Source of the DNA: Octopus bimaculoides
Lineage: Eukaryota
NCBI RefSeq assembly: GCF_001194135.2
Contig: NC_068982.1
Location: forward strand, 124,178,368-124,242,367
Direction: 5' to 3'
DNA: 64,000 nt
The notes under the pieces were generated by a model, which searched no databases, was not told the origin of the DNA, and saw nothing but the letters and a program-made list of their open reading frames with translations. Positions 13,647 to 25,569 of the stretch are shown one piece after another. Positions within the stretch are counted from its first letter, which is position 1. Every line of letters begins with the position of its first letter. The translations under genes were made by a program, and so were the position numbers.

Positions 13647-13811
13647 AACATGGAAAATAAACCTGCTTCAGAACATCAGGAAGTCATTCCTTACTTGAAA
13701 GAACAAATTAAAAATTTGGAAAACTGGAATAATGAACTGAGGTCAGTTTTCAAAGATTCTCGTCATGAAACCAATTTGGCTAAATTGGAAGCTGAAAAAG
13801 CTAATGAAAAA
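13647..13811 (+). CDS. CEP290: CEP290 exon: NMENKPASEHQEVIPYLKEQIKNLENWNNELRSVFKDSRHETNLAKLEAEKANEK
   Basis: ttgcag / gtaagc, 165 nt, phase 0-0. Confidence 0.9.
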
Positions 13812-15369
13812 GTAAGCTGTATTTCTTAAAATGATTATACAAGTACCAAAAGAATATAAGAAGTAATCTCCCCACCTCAAACAAATGTTTTCTCAAATGA
13901 AAAATTATTACTTATATAAAAAATCTCAAAGAAACATAATGACACAAACTTTTTACAAGAAAGTTTTTTTGTATTGTGTTGAGTGCTTTCACTTTTCATA
14001 GCTTTTCAAACACACCTGTTATGGAGTAATCTATATAGAGGAAGTTGTTTTTAGTAGCAGTGTTGACTATTTTGTATTTAGTTTTAGATTTAAAAGTTTT
14101 ATAAAGTATTTTTCTTTTGCTTTTTGTAGTTGATCATTTTCTTCTTTCATTTCTTCCATTTTGAAAAACCTCAAAGATTTTGAATTTTTCATTTGCACAA
14201 ATGTCTAGATTCACTACATGGAACATGCTTATGTATCTGGACCTGATATATTAATTTTGATTCCATTTGGCTGATATAATTCTCATTACATTGTATGTGA
14301 TGCAGTAAATGAGATGATTTTTTGTTTTGCAATCCATATTTTTTTTAATGTTTTGGTTGTTCCCTGTTCAATTATTTCATACATCCCACAACAAAGGTCT
14401 CTACAGTTTGTCACTTGCATTATTTCTTCTTGTGTGAATTTTGCCTTTGTTAAGTCTTTTAAGATTTGGTGGTTGTGTTTGGTTGTTGATAATTTGTGAT
14501 TTTTAAAATTATTTTTCTGAGATTTGATGATTAGTGTTGAATTCTGTTTCCTTCAGAAGCAAAAGTACTCAAAAGAACTTACTAAATCATGCCATAACCG
14601 AAGCAAAAGAGATCCTAATTTCTGTCTTATGGAGAAGCCTTCACATTGTGGGTGATGACAAACAGACATAAATACTCCATTTGTAGTCACCCATAATCTT
14701 AGAGACCATCACATCTTACATTCAGCCACATGATACCTTCCAGTTCTACATCTGTCATCAAATCTCAGAAAAGTAATTAAAGAATCACAAATTATCAACA
14801 GCTGAAGGCAGCCACCAAATCAATGAAAAACTTTTAACAAAGCAAACTTCAAATCAGAAGAAATATTGCAGGCAACAAACTACTGAAGTATCCATTGTGG
14901 GCTGTGTGAAGTGGCCGAACAGAGAACAACCAAAAACTTCAGGAATGGGAAGGCAATGAAAGTTAATGCTAAAAGGCTCATTCATGTGGTGTTTGTTTCC
15001 ATTTCTCTATGTAAACATGTCTGGGCTGTTTGTTATTTGATAGACTGAGAGATTATTATCTCAACTTGAAATCAAGTCGGGCTTGGTAATAGGAAAGGCT
15101 TCTGACCGTAGAAAAGTCTGTCTTAACATGCTCTCATCTGACCTATACAAGCAAGGAAAAGGAGATGTTAACAATGATCACACACACACACACACACACA
15201 TAATGGAATTTTTTGTTGAAGATGATGTATGATTGTTCAGTTTTTTGCTGAATGATCTACACAGACCATTTGTTAATAGTGATCAAGTGTATGTGCTGTA
15301 TATGCTCACTCCCTCCATCAAATCAATATCACCTGAAAAGGTGTGCAAGTGTACCACACATCAATTGTC

Positions 15370-15492
15370 AAAATGATTGTAGCGATGTGAAATGAAATAT
15401 TTTGCTTGAGAACACAACATGCTGCTCAGTCTGGGAATCAAACCCACAATCTAATGATTGTAAGTGCAACACTCTAACCACTAAGCCACATG
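15370..15492 (-). mobile_element. tRNA-derived SINE head (family E); related head at 25764-25845
   Basis: Minus strand gtggcttagtggttagagtgttgcac...ggtttgattccc. Confidence 0.75.
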
Positions 15493-15496
15493 ACTT

Positions 15497-15534
15497 CACA
15501 CACACACACACACCCAGACACACACACACACACA

Positions 15535-15594
<60 letters not shown>
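15497..15594. repeat. (CA)n microsatellite
   Basis: Direct reading. Confidence 0.98.
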
Positions 15595-15597
<3 letters not shown>

Positions 15598-15752
15598 ATG
15601 TACGTACGTTCTTTTGTGATAAAATAAACCATTTTCTCCATGTCTTCAAGCCTTGGAAAGGTTACATTGTAAAATTTATGTAAAAAAACAGCAAAAAAAA
15701 AAATCTTCACCCAAAACAACTATAAATGAAAAATGTTTTATTTATTTTGTAG

Positions 15753-15905
15753 GTAAAAAAAGTTGAGCAAGAACTTGCCAATTTGCAACAGCAAGCATTT
15801 CCAACACAAGGCAAGTTTCAACCACTGGCACTACCAGAAGATATGCCTGTTAATAGTTCTGAGTTAATTGCAAGTCTAAACGAACACTTAATTGTCACAT
15901 TAGAG
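15753..15905 (+). CDS. CEP290: CEP290 exon: VKKVEQELANLQQQAFPTQGKFQPLALPEDMPVNSSELIASLNEHLIVTLE
   Basis: ttttgtag / gtaagt, 153 nt; resembles human LPDGIAPSSASIINSQNEYLIHLLQ. Confidence 0.9.
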
Positions 15906-17465
15906 GTAAGTGTTTTATATCGCATACACCTTTTATTTTTACACGAACCCTAAACTCCTGATAGAATTGTAGGGCACTCTCAGAGCATATAGTATAGTTT
16001 GGGCATTTTAAGCTTCATGGAGCTCATCTTTTTCTTCTTTTCAACATAACAAATTTCTGCTAGAGAGAAAGAGAAGAATCAACTCCATTACTTGATTGTC
16101 CTCATCTTCTTGCCCATGTGGAATTTGAAGAAATTGAATACTAATAACCATTATTGAAGTTAACACTTTCTTGCAAATCTGATTAACAGTGTAACTTATG
16201 TAATGTCAACTAAGTCTGATGTTTATATCTTCTTATTCTCTCCCTGGAAAGACATGGAGTTTCAGCTGTTTCCATATTCTTAATCACCATACTAACTATT
16301 CTTATACTAACATCTTCTGCCGAATTTTCTTTAGTCTCATTATCCAATTCATACTGCTTGTCCTTGTAGAAATGAGCTGCGATGTTACTGGTGCCAAGCT
16401 GTATCAGCCTTTGCCTTTCCCTTTCTCTTGTAGTGTGAAAAGGGGAGACTGGTATGTAAGGGTGACTGCTGGTCTTCCATAAACAACCTTGCTTGGACTT
16501 GTGTTTTGGAGGGTAGCTTTCTAAGTGCAATCCCATGGTTATTCATGACTGAAGGGGGTCTTTTACTCTCATGTCATTACAAATAACCTCTCTCCAATGC
16601 AATTCAGGCAAGAATCTTCTACTGTAGCCCCAGGCTGACCAAGCCTTGTGAGTGGATTTAGTAGATGGAAACTGAAAGAAGCCAGTCGTTTATATATGTA
16701 TATCATCATCATTATCATCATTGTTTAACGTCCACTTTTCATGCTAGCATGGGCTGGACGATTTGACTGAGGACTGGTGAACCAGATGGCTGCACCAGGC
16801 AGTTAAAAATGGATGTTAAAAGATGATGATGATAATGATGAACCTCATGCAGCTTCCCAGCTCTTTTCAAACCATGCAATCCATGCCAGTATCAAAAATG
16901 GATGTTAAAAGATGATGATGATAATGATAATGTATATATTATATATATATTTAAGCATAATTACAAGTTGCGCTTACATAAGATTCATTCACATTTAGCT
17001 CCTAGCTTTTCTATATCTTTCTAGATGTTTACCTGAATTTACTAACCACTTATATAAACTGAGGAGTGCACACTTCTTCAAATTTCTTTATATCCAACGA
17101 TGCATCCTGCCCTACTCTTCGAAATGCCTGTGTTAGAATGGGGGCAGCTGATGAAGATGTTCTCTATGTGGCCTGTGTGTTTTCTGTACTCATTTTTCAT
17201 TTTGTCTACGCTTTGTTTGCAATGTCCTGTACCCAGATATGCATCTATATATACAGGTAGATGTAAGTATGTACATACATGTACGTATATATGCATATAC
17301 TCATTTATTATTTGTATTACTATGGATATAGTCTCTGTTTACAATGGTGTATCCATTTTGATGTTCCCTGATGTAACCACCATTAAAATCTTATTTGTGC
17401 CTGTATAAATATACACATATAACATATGTGGATAAACTTATTTTACAGTATTAATTATATTTCAG

Positions 17466-17591
17466 GAGTTGTTTATTCATCAAGAGCAAATAAAACAGAC
17501 TGAGAGCAGTTTGGAATCCTATCACAGAAAATTTGCTGTTGTGAGACATCAACTGGGTCTGCTTTATGCTGACTATATCAAATCAAATCAG
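17466..17591 (+). CDS. CEP290: CEP290 exon: ELFIHQEQIKQTESSLESYHRKFAVVRHQLGLLYADYIKSNQ
   Basis: tttcag / gtaatg, 126 nt; resembles human LEDYNRKFAVIRHQQSLLY. Confidence 0.93.
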
Positions 17592-17806
17592 GTAATGTGG
17601 TACCATTTGATGCAGATATTATCAGATGAATTGAGCACTATCTAAGATAAATTCTTTATATTTAGATCTTAAGAATCACTATTAAAATATAAGGTAGTGA
17701 ACTACTCTAATAATTTTGGTAAAATTTTTCTTTAATGACCAGTTTTATAAACAATATAAATTGGTGGATTTTAAAATAGCCAGATCTATTAATATTTTTC
17801 TATAAC

Positions 17807-18020
17807 AAGGCGGTGAGCTGGCAGAAACGTTAGCACACTGGGTGAAATGCTTAGCAGTATTTCGTTTGTCTCTACGTTCTGAGTTCAAATTCCACCAAGG
17901 TTGACTTTGCCTTTCATCCTTTCAGGGTTGATAAATTAAGTACCAGTTGCATACTGGGGTTGATCTAATCGACTGGCATCCTCCCACCAAATTTCGGGTT
18001 TTCTGCCTAGAGTAGAAAAG
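17807..18020 (+). mobile_element. SINE family A (ggcggcgagctggcagaa head; GACTTTGCCTTTCATCC..GATAAATTAAGTACCAG core)
   Basis: Perfect 16-bp TSD aatatttttctataac (17791-17806, 18021-18036); box-B-like gagttcaaattcc. Confidence 0.9.
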
Positions 18021-19078
18021 AATATTTTTCTATAACTTGTATTGTCACTTATGAAACATCAATACCTTCATAAGATATATATTAACCTAGCATAAAGCTT
18101 CTCCTGCTTTACTATAGTCTCACTCAGTCAAAGAGGATCTTAGTCTTGTGAGTTACATGGTGACCTCACTAGTGCTGGTGCACAAATAAAAGCGTCCAGT
18201 ACACTCTGTAAAGTGGTTGGCATTAGGAAGAACATTCAGTTTTAGAAACCCTGCCAAAGCAGAATTGGATCTTGATGCAATCCTTCAACCTGTTGCATCT
18301 TATTTAACCATTCCATCCTGTGTCAGTATTGGAATATATACATTAGAAGATGGTGATGAGGATTGTATATGAATGACATTATAGTAAAATACATACATAT
18401 TACAGATCCAACAGGAAATGTTTTCCACCAAATCTCTGAAGAGTGACTTAAATTACAAATTTAAATAACAAATTAACCTTCACAAAGGTTAATCAATATA
18501 TAAAAAGAAACAAATTACTGAACTTCTTGAATAATATTATACTTGGGAGTATCACTATATATATATAAAACTAAAAATAATCACAGGTATGATTGTGTAG
18601 TTAAGAAGCTCACTTGGCAACCACATAGTTCTGGGTTCTATTCTGTTGTGTGTGACTTCAGTCAGATGTCATAGCCTTGTGTTGACTAATGCCTTGTGAG
18701 TGAAATTTAGAAGACAAAGCCTGTACTGTGTGTGTGTGTACGTACATACATATGCATGAATTCAAACATGCATGCATACATGTATGTACAGCATGCGCGC
18801 GTGTGTATTTACACGAATGAAAGATGAGAACTGGTATATTCAAACTAAAGTACCCTGCTGTTCGTGTCTGAATGAGTTATCTCCCCTTACTTCAGTTTCT
18901 TCGTTGCATTTTGTACGTAATAAGTATAGGGAAATAAACACCTAACAAGGTATTGGGATCAGTATTATTATGTAGTGAAACTACCTCCCGCCATTAGATA
19001 CAAACTACTATCTCCATTACATACAATCTTCTCATTTAAATATAAATAAATGCGAGCGTAGTAGAGAACCATTCCTTG

Positions 19079-19260
19079 TCCATCACGTGACTGATCATTA
19101 TTCGAATCGGCAACTTCTTCAAACCGTTCCCGCCAGAACGCAAACTGACCAATCACGGCCCCTAGTAAGGTCACGTGATGGAGAATATTTCTACCATCTG
19201 GTGAGCCAATAGTTTGTTATAAATAGCTTTAACTCGGCAGCCAAATTCGTCTCGGTCCAG
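19079..19260 (+). promoter_or_regulatory. Pol II core/proximal promoter inside a CEP290 intron
   Basis: E-boxes ATCACGTGAC (19082-19091) and GTCACGTGAT (19170-19179), CCAAT at 19149 and 19206, TATAAATA at 19218-19225, in a CpG-rich island. Confidence 0.75.
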
Positions 19261-19342
19261 TTTCTCTTTGAGAACTGTTCCGTGTTCCACACGACAGCAG
19301 CAGCAGTTCCAGCGACCACTTCAGCAGCTTCGTCCAGCCACG

Positions 19343-19374
19343 ATGACCTCCGCCGTCGCCACATCAGCAACAAG
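19343..19374 (+). CDS. visible start of a putative nested ORF (MTSAVATSAT...), remainder in gap 19375-19816
   Basis: ATG with A at -3 (ccacgATGa), about 120 nt downstream of the TATA box; product unidentifiable. Confidence 0.45.
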
Positions 19375-19816
19375 NNNNNNNNNNNNNNNNNNNNNNNNNN
19401 NNNNNNNNNNNNNNNNNNNNNNNNNNNNNNNNNNNNNNNNNNNNNNNNNNNNNNNNNNNNNNNNNNNNNNNNNNNNNNNNNNNNNNNNNNNNNNNNNNNN
19501 NNNNNNNNNNNNNNNNNNNNNNNNNNNNNNNNNNNNNNNNNNNNNNNNNNNNNNNNNNNNNNNNNNNNNNNNNNNNNNNNNNNNNNNNNNNNNNNNNNNN
19601 NNNNNNNNNNNNNNNNNNNNNNNNNNNNNNNNNNNNNNNNNNNNNNNNNNNNNNNNNNNNNNNNNNNNNNNNNNNNNNNNNNNNNNNNNNNNNNNNNNNN
19701 NNNNNNNNNNNNNNNNNNNNNNNNNNNNNNNNNNNNNNNNNNNNNNNNNNNNNNNNNNNNNNNNNNNNNNNNNNNNNNNNNNNNNNNNNNNNNNNNNNNN
19801 NNNNNNNNNNNNNNNN
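19375..19816. other. assembly gap; others at 23945-23989, 32240-32366, 45569-45578, 62223-62334
   Basis: Runs of N. Confidence 1.
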
Positions 19817-19942
19817 AATATTTCACATACACACACATGTATCACTCACATACACACTTTTCTTTGTATGACGGCCTGTCTTTGATTATGTTCTTATATG
19901 TCGCATTCACACTCTCACTCAGACATACATCTTTAACGCTAC

Positions 19943-19948
19943 AATAAA
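19943..19948 (+). terminator. candidate polyadenylation signal of the nested transcript
   Basis: AATAAA followed by T/GT-rich sequence, about 130 nt after the gap. Confidence 0.35.
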
Positions 19949-21029
19949 TATCTCTGTTATTCATCTAATACGGTTGTGGTCTTTCATTACTGGTCATCTA
20001 TGTTATCGTCGTATAACATTATGTATATCATCCATTGATATATATATTTGTATGTTCGACCGTGTGACACGTTTAAATAAAAGGAGTCCTGTTTTTCCAT
20101 TCGTCACCATTTCTCCTTTTATGAGTTCGCACGGTCGTTCCTTACAATTATTATGCTCCAGCATGACCTCAGTTTAATGACTGAAACCAGTTGAGGGAGA
20201 AATATATATATAACCTGTCTTTTTCTTCTTCATGTGAGTGAACTATATTCTTGCCAAAATCTTTGTTTACTATAATCTTCTCACACAATGACAAACTATA
20301 AATCATTTAAAGTAAATATCTATCTTCAGTTCATTGAACATCACTTAAAGAAAAATAATTATAAATTCAAAATTCTGAAGGTCTAATTAATTAAGGGCTC
20401 AGTACTTTTACTTGGAGAGCATAAATGAGCAAGCTTCATATAATCTTTGGAGTCCTCATTAAAATATAGCAGTGGCAGAGTATCTTTTTATGTCTTAAAT
20501 TCTCTGTTATGGTATTATCTTATTGTAGAATCTTTTCTGGCTTAAATTAGCTCTCATCATCATTACCATCATTTGGCTTTCACTTTTCCATGTTTGCTTG
20601 GGTTACACAGAATTTGTTCAGACAGATTTCTCTACAGTTGGACGCCCTTTCTGTCACCAACCCTTACCTGTTCCCAAGCAAGGTATTTCCAATGGTCAGA
20701 CATGTTTTTCATGGAAGAATGAAAACAAACAATATCATTTGATGATAGTGATGCTCATTTACAACTATCACATGATATTAAGAGAACACACACATACACA
20801 CATGTATATACATACACACAACTGGGTTCTTTGTTTTCATTTACCAAATTTACTCACTAGGCTTTGGTTGACTTGGGGCTATAATAAAAGACACTTGCCC
20901 AAGATGCTGCATAGTGGGACTGAACCTGAAACTTCTCAACCACACAGCCATACCTCTGTCTTAGTTCTGTTGAAGTTTTATCACTTCACTCACAACTGTT
21001 CATTTGCTTTCACTGTTATTTATTCTTAG

Positions 21030-21122
21030 GAACATGAAGCTGAAGTAACAACGTTGAAAGAAAAAATAAATCAATTAGAAGACTTAAATCAGCAGAACCA
21101 TGTTAAATTGCAGGAATTTGAT
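21030..21122 (+). CDS. CEP290: CEP290 exon: EHEAEVTTLKEKINQLEDLNQQNHVKLQEFD
   Basis: ttcttag / gtaaga, 93 nt. Confidence 0.88.
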
Positions 21123-21639
21123 GTAAGATTTTGGTTTTGTTTACTTTTGGCCTTTTGAAGTTAAATCTTTCCTAACTAGTAATTTACTTTAATTGCCCTT
21201 ATGTTTTTAAAATATCTCTTTTACTACTAAATTTATTCTGCAAAAAAAAAAAAAAAAAATTGCCATATCTATTTTCTACCTATTTGTTTAGTTCTCTTTC
21301 TTCATCTAATTTCACAATTAGTTACCTATTTCATTTTTGCATATTCACTCCATCTCTCCATTCCAACCATTAATTCCACAATCAATTTGCACTGTAATTT
21401 ATGTCAACTTTGAATAATTACATAATTCAAAACACTGTTAAGCAGCATAGATATTATTATAAAATTTCTTATAAGGGTGGTGCTTGAGGTCGTGGTGGAA
21501 AATAAACAAACTTTAGATCAGTTCAAATGTTTGGGATATATTTGACTGATATTACAGGTATCTTCACTGAGGTTTGCCATGGAGAAAAAAGTCTCCCATG
21601 AGGCAAAAGGTATTAAAAATACCAAAATCAGTTCAGAGT

Positions 21640-21905
21640 GCCTCTCATGGACTGGTACATGCATTTAATAATAAAATAATTATAATGAAATTATTGTATA
21701 CAGTGCTCAGGTGCACTACAACTTGTCAAAAGTGCATATAAAGCATATGCAGTAATGTACAAATGCCTGGAAAGTGAACAGTGTATGAGTCAGATACATG
21801 CTTGCGTGTGTATGGAGGGGAGAAAATCAGGTGTAGTGTTGGTGATTCTCAGGAAGCATGGAAGTTTTGAAGCATGCAACTAAGACAACTCTGAAGACAG
21901 CTAAA
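21640..21905 (-). mobile_element. LINE 3' tail with (ATT)n end; a second copy lies at about 45060-45231 (+)
   Basis: Shared gactcatacactgttca...cctgagcact.tacaataatttcattatt in both copies. Confidence 0.65.
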
Positions 21906-22274
21906 GACTTCACTTCCTTATAAGAAGTCAGTAGATATCTACTAACTGCATGCATCAACCACCAGGATGGAACAAAATATAGAGCTGGTACTCAAAGCAG
22001 TGATGTAAAATAAACAAATTTTAAATTAGTTCAAATATGTTTGGGGAATATTTGACCTGTAAAGAGACATTTTCACAGCAGCTTGCCATGGAGAAAATTT
22101 CTTATGCTATTTATTGTTCAGTTATTCTACCTTATTCCATTTATATGAGTGTGTTTTATTTTTTATGTTATTTACATAAATTACTTGTATTGTTGAATTA
22201 TTTGTATTGTTGAATTACTTGTATTATTATTTATATTATTGTTACTGTACTTGGATTCCATTTTCTAATTTCAG

Positions 22275-22424
22275 CGCTTACAGGATACTTTAGCTCAGGA
22301 TGAAGCTGAAATTGCTAGACGTTTGTCTGAACAGAGTCGGAGGATGACTGTGTTAGCTGTAAATGAGAAAGCACTCACTCGTAGCTATTATACTATGTCA
22401 GAAATTGAAAAATCTGCTAGAAAG
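22275..22424 (+). CDS. CEP290: CEP290 exon: RLQDTLAQDEAEIARRLSEQSRRMTVLAVNEKALTRSYYTMSEIEKSARK
   Basis: tttcag / gtttgt, 150 nt; resembles human ENSRKITVLQVNEKSLIRQY. Confidence 0.92.
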
Positions 22425-22482
22425 GTTTGTGTGTTTATGTGGAGATTCCTAAAATGTAATTTTTTTTTGTATTTTAACGAAG

Positions 22483-22653
22483 GGCACAGGAGTGGCTGTG
22501 TGGTAAGTAGCTTGCTTACCAGCCACATGGTCTTGCGTTCAGTCCCACTGCGTGGCACCTTGGGCAAGTGTCTTCTACTATAGCCTCAGGCCAACCAAAG
22601 CCTTGTGAGTGGATTTGGTAGACGGAAACTGAAAGAAGCCCATCGTATATATG

Positions 22654-22684
<31 letters not shown>

Positions 22685-22910
22685 ATATGTTTGTGTGTCT
22701 GTGTTTGTCCCCCCAACATCGCTTGACAACCAATGCTGGTGTGTTTATGTCCCCGTAACTTAGCGGTTCGACAAAAGCGACCGATAGAATAAGTACTAGG
22801 CTTACAAAGAATAAGTCCTGGGGTCGATTTGATTCGACTAAAAGCGGTACTCCAGCATGGCCGCAGTCAAATGACTGAAACAAGTAAAAGAAAGAAAGAA
22901 AGAAAAGAAA
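22483..22910 (+). mobile_element. SINE family B, full length, with internal (TA)n(TG)n
   Basis: tRNA-like head gtggctgtgtggtaag...gttcagtcccactgc, CORE-like ccttgggcaagtgtctt block, gaaacaagtaaaaga tail. Confidence 0.9.
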
Positions 22911-23136
22911 TGTTATTTATTTATGAGCTGAACAAACTTTTTTTTTTACTTACTGAGTCTGAAAGAAGGGGCAGTGCCCATTATATTTGCAGGCTCCAGG
23001 GCCATACCTTTATCTAAAACTGACTTTTGTTGATACTTTCTAAAAAAATGTTAATCAATTATAGAAAAAAACCATACAATGCTATTGAGTTTGTGTTATT
23101 AATAGGGCCCCTTTTCAATCGATGCCCAATATTTTA

Positions 23137-23400
23137 AATCCGGGTTTGTCCCCGTTAATGGGGGTGGCTGGATTTTACCTAACTCTTACAGCAACTGTTC
23201 TCACACCATCTTGCCTGGTTTTGGGCGTCCTCCCCTCCTCAAGCCAACCCTTGCAATCTTCTTTTCCACCTGTCCCCTCCACGTTTTCTTTGGTCAACCT
23301 TGCTTTCATGGTTCATTCACTCTAAACTCAAGCGCTCTCCTCAGAACATGATCATCATCCTTCCTCAACACATGTCCTCCGTATCACTACACTCCATTTG
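23137..23400 (-). mobile_element. RTE LINE 3' fragment
   Basis: Minus strand HVLRKDDDHVLRRALEF...PKKTW. Confidence 0.7.
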
Positions 23401-23432
23401 CCCTCTTTTTTAAAGGGTATATATATATATAT

Positions 23433-23744
23433 ATATTGAAAATGAAAAAAAATGAAAATGCCGCTTTTTTAAAACATTTTTTGTGGGGTTTAATTAATTT
23501 ACAGTTGGAATTACCATGTTCAAGGATAGGACCACGTGCGCATGCAAAAAATAACAGTAAACTATGAATATCATTCTTAATTTTAATTTCAATTTTATTT
23601 TATTAATAACCCTCTTCTCTTCATACATATTTTATATTCATTTTTGATAAGGTTTTTCAAAAAAATCAAAACATGTAAATTAATTAAACCCCACAAAAAA
23701 TGTTTTAAAAAAGCGGCATTTTCATTTTTATTCATTTTCAATAT
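23433..23744. mobile_element. MITE with ~70-bp terminal inverted repeats
   Basis: tattgaaaatgaa..gccgcttttttaaaacattttttgtggggtttaattaatttaca and its reverse complement at the other end; sits in (TA)n. Confidence 0.8.
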
Positions 23745-25020
23745 CTACTTACTCGTGTAGTACTTTTACAAATCTTTTCAAATATATATATATAGTATAT
23801 ATATATATTAGAGGAAAAAGGATAACAATATAATATATACCTGCTAACTTGAAAGCCTAATCCCTAGCTCTAGCCTCAGCCATGAACTTGGAACTTAATA
23901 GATGACCATTTATAGCGCGCGCGTGCACACACACACACACACACNNNNNNNNNNNNNNNNNNNNNNNNNNNNNNNNNNNNNNNNNNNNNCACATTTGTTA
24001 CTACCTTGTTTACCAATAAAAAAAATAGGTATTTAAACGAAAATTTGGTTTTGATCTACACAAGTATTAACATATTGGCCAATGAGTTTTCTGATTTTCT
24101 CCAATAAACTGTTGTAATCTTTTTCCAGTACCTGTTAATAATAAAAGGCATTGAGAAAATGTTTATAAGATTTAATTTTTATTTACATTATACTTTCCTT
24201 ACTCTAAAATACAGAACCTAAAAATGGTGAATGAAAATCCTCATCATCATCATCATTTAACGTCCATTTTCCCTGCTGGCATGGGTTGGATGGTTTGACA
24301 GGAGCTTGCTAGCTAAGGAGCTATCCAGACTCCAATTGTCTGTTGTGGCATGGTTTCTACAGCTGGATGCCCTTCCTAATGCCAAAGCAAAAGAAATACA
24401 AGAAAAAAAATCAAATATCTTCCTTATTAATGTAGAATATTATTTGGAATATAATTATCTTGAGTGTGGGTATTTGAGATATTTGGGCATTGTATAAATA
24501 TGTGAAAAGTTAGTGATTTGTGTTCATGGCCAAGATATTTAACTATTAATGGCTTTAAATATGTTTTGCTCTAAATAGGTACTGTAGAGGGCATAGTTCA
24601 TCATTGTAAGTAGTAAAACTACTGTAGAATTTACAATTACTTTGTTGGGTACCAAATTAAGTTCTATTTGCGGGGAAAAATTTACTTATAATTAAGGACT
24701 AGTAGATTATCTAAGAAAAGATTTACTTCTTATCCATTTAACACTATGGGCATTTAAGCTGAGCACTGACCCTGTCAGTTTATATAGAATTAGCTATCTT
24801 CCTCATCATATCTTGTGTAACTGAACTAGCCTTTGATGGACATGTGAAACTACTGTTTAGATTTTCAAATAGAGCAGTAACTATTCTTAGTAATATTTCT
24901 GTTATATTGTAGCTATTTGGTTGCAATATGACAGAATTGCTACTGTAATTTATCAAACTAGTTATTTTGTAGGTTTAGTCACCAGTTTTTATGTTTAAAA
25001 ATTTTCTTCTCCCTTTTCAG

Positions 25021-25101
25021 GAAATATCAAAACTGAGAAATGAAACTATTTCAATGGAAAAAGCTGTGACTGAGAAAATTGGTTACTTACAACGTTATAA
25101 G
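25021..25101 (+). CDS. CEP290: CEP290 exon: EISKLRNETISMEKAVTEKIGYLQRYK
   Basis: cccttttcag / gttaat, 81 nt; resembles human SMEAEVCEKIGCLQRFK. Confidence 0.92.
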
Positions 25102-25569
25102 GTTAATTACAGTGGTTTTGACTTTAATTTTGGTTTAATTATGCATTTTATAAAACATTTAATTTTTATCTACTTTCTTTTTAAACACTTCTGTATTTAT
25201 TATATGCTATTTATTAAGTTATTCAATAATTCATTGACTAAGTAAACTCCTTTATACTTAATCTATTTATTAAGTAATTCTTCCTACTGTTCAAATTCTA
25301 CCAGAGTCAGCTTTGCCTTTCATCATTTTAGGGTCAATGAAAATAAGTACCATTTGAGTACTGGGGTTGATGTAACTAACTTATCCCCTCCTCTGAAATT
25401 GCTGGCCTTGTGCCAAAATTTAAAGCCAATATTTCTCTAAAACCTCCTAAATTTCAATGGGATTATAATAGAATACATAGAGACAAGTAAGACTAACTAT
25501 ATTCTTTTCCATCCTTCCTGAGATGGGCCTGATGGAGGCAAAGTGGCTGAGTTCCTTTCGAGTGTTGGG

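Noticed and set aside
14560-15030. Possible LINE ORF relic; also 1240-1440 and 29620-29720
   Set aside because: Too degenerate to assign by eye.
19191-19947. Long ORFs of 174-221 aa in the ORF track
   Set aside because: Their length comes from translating N. Only the ATG at 19343 has independent support.
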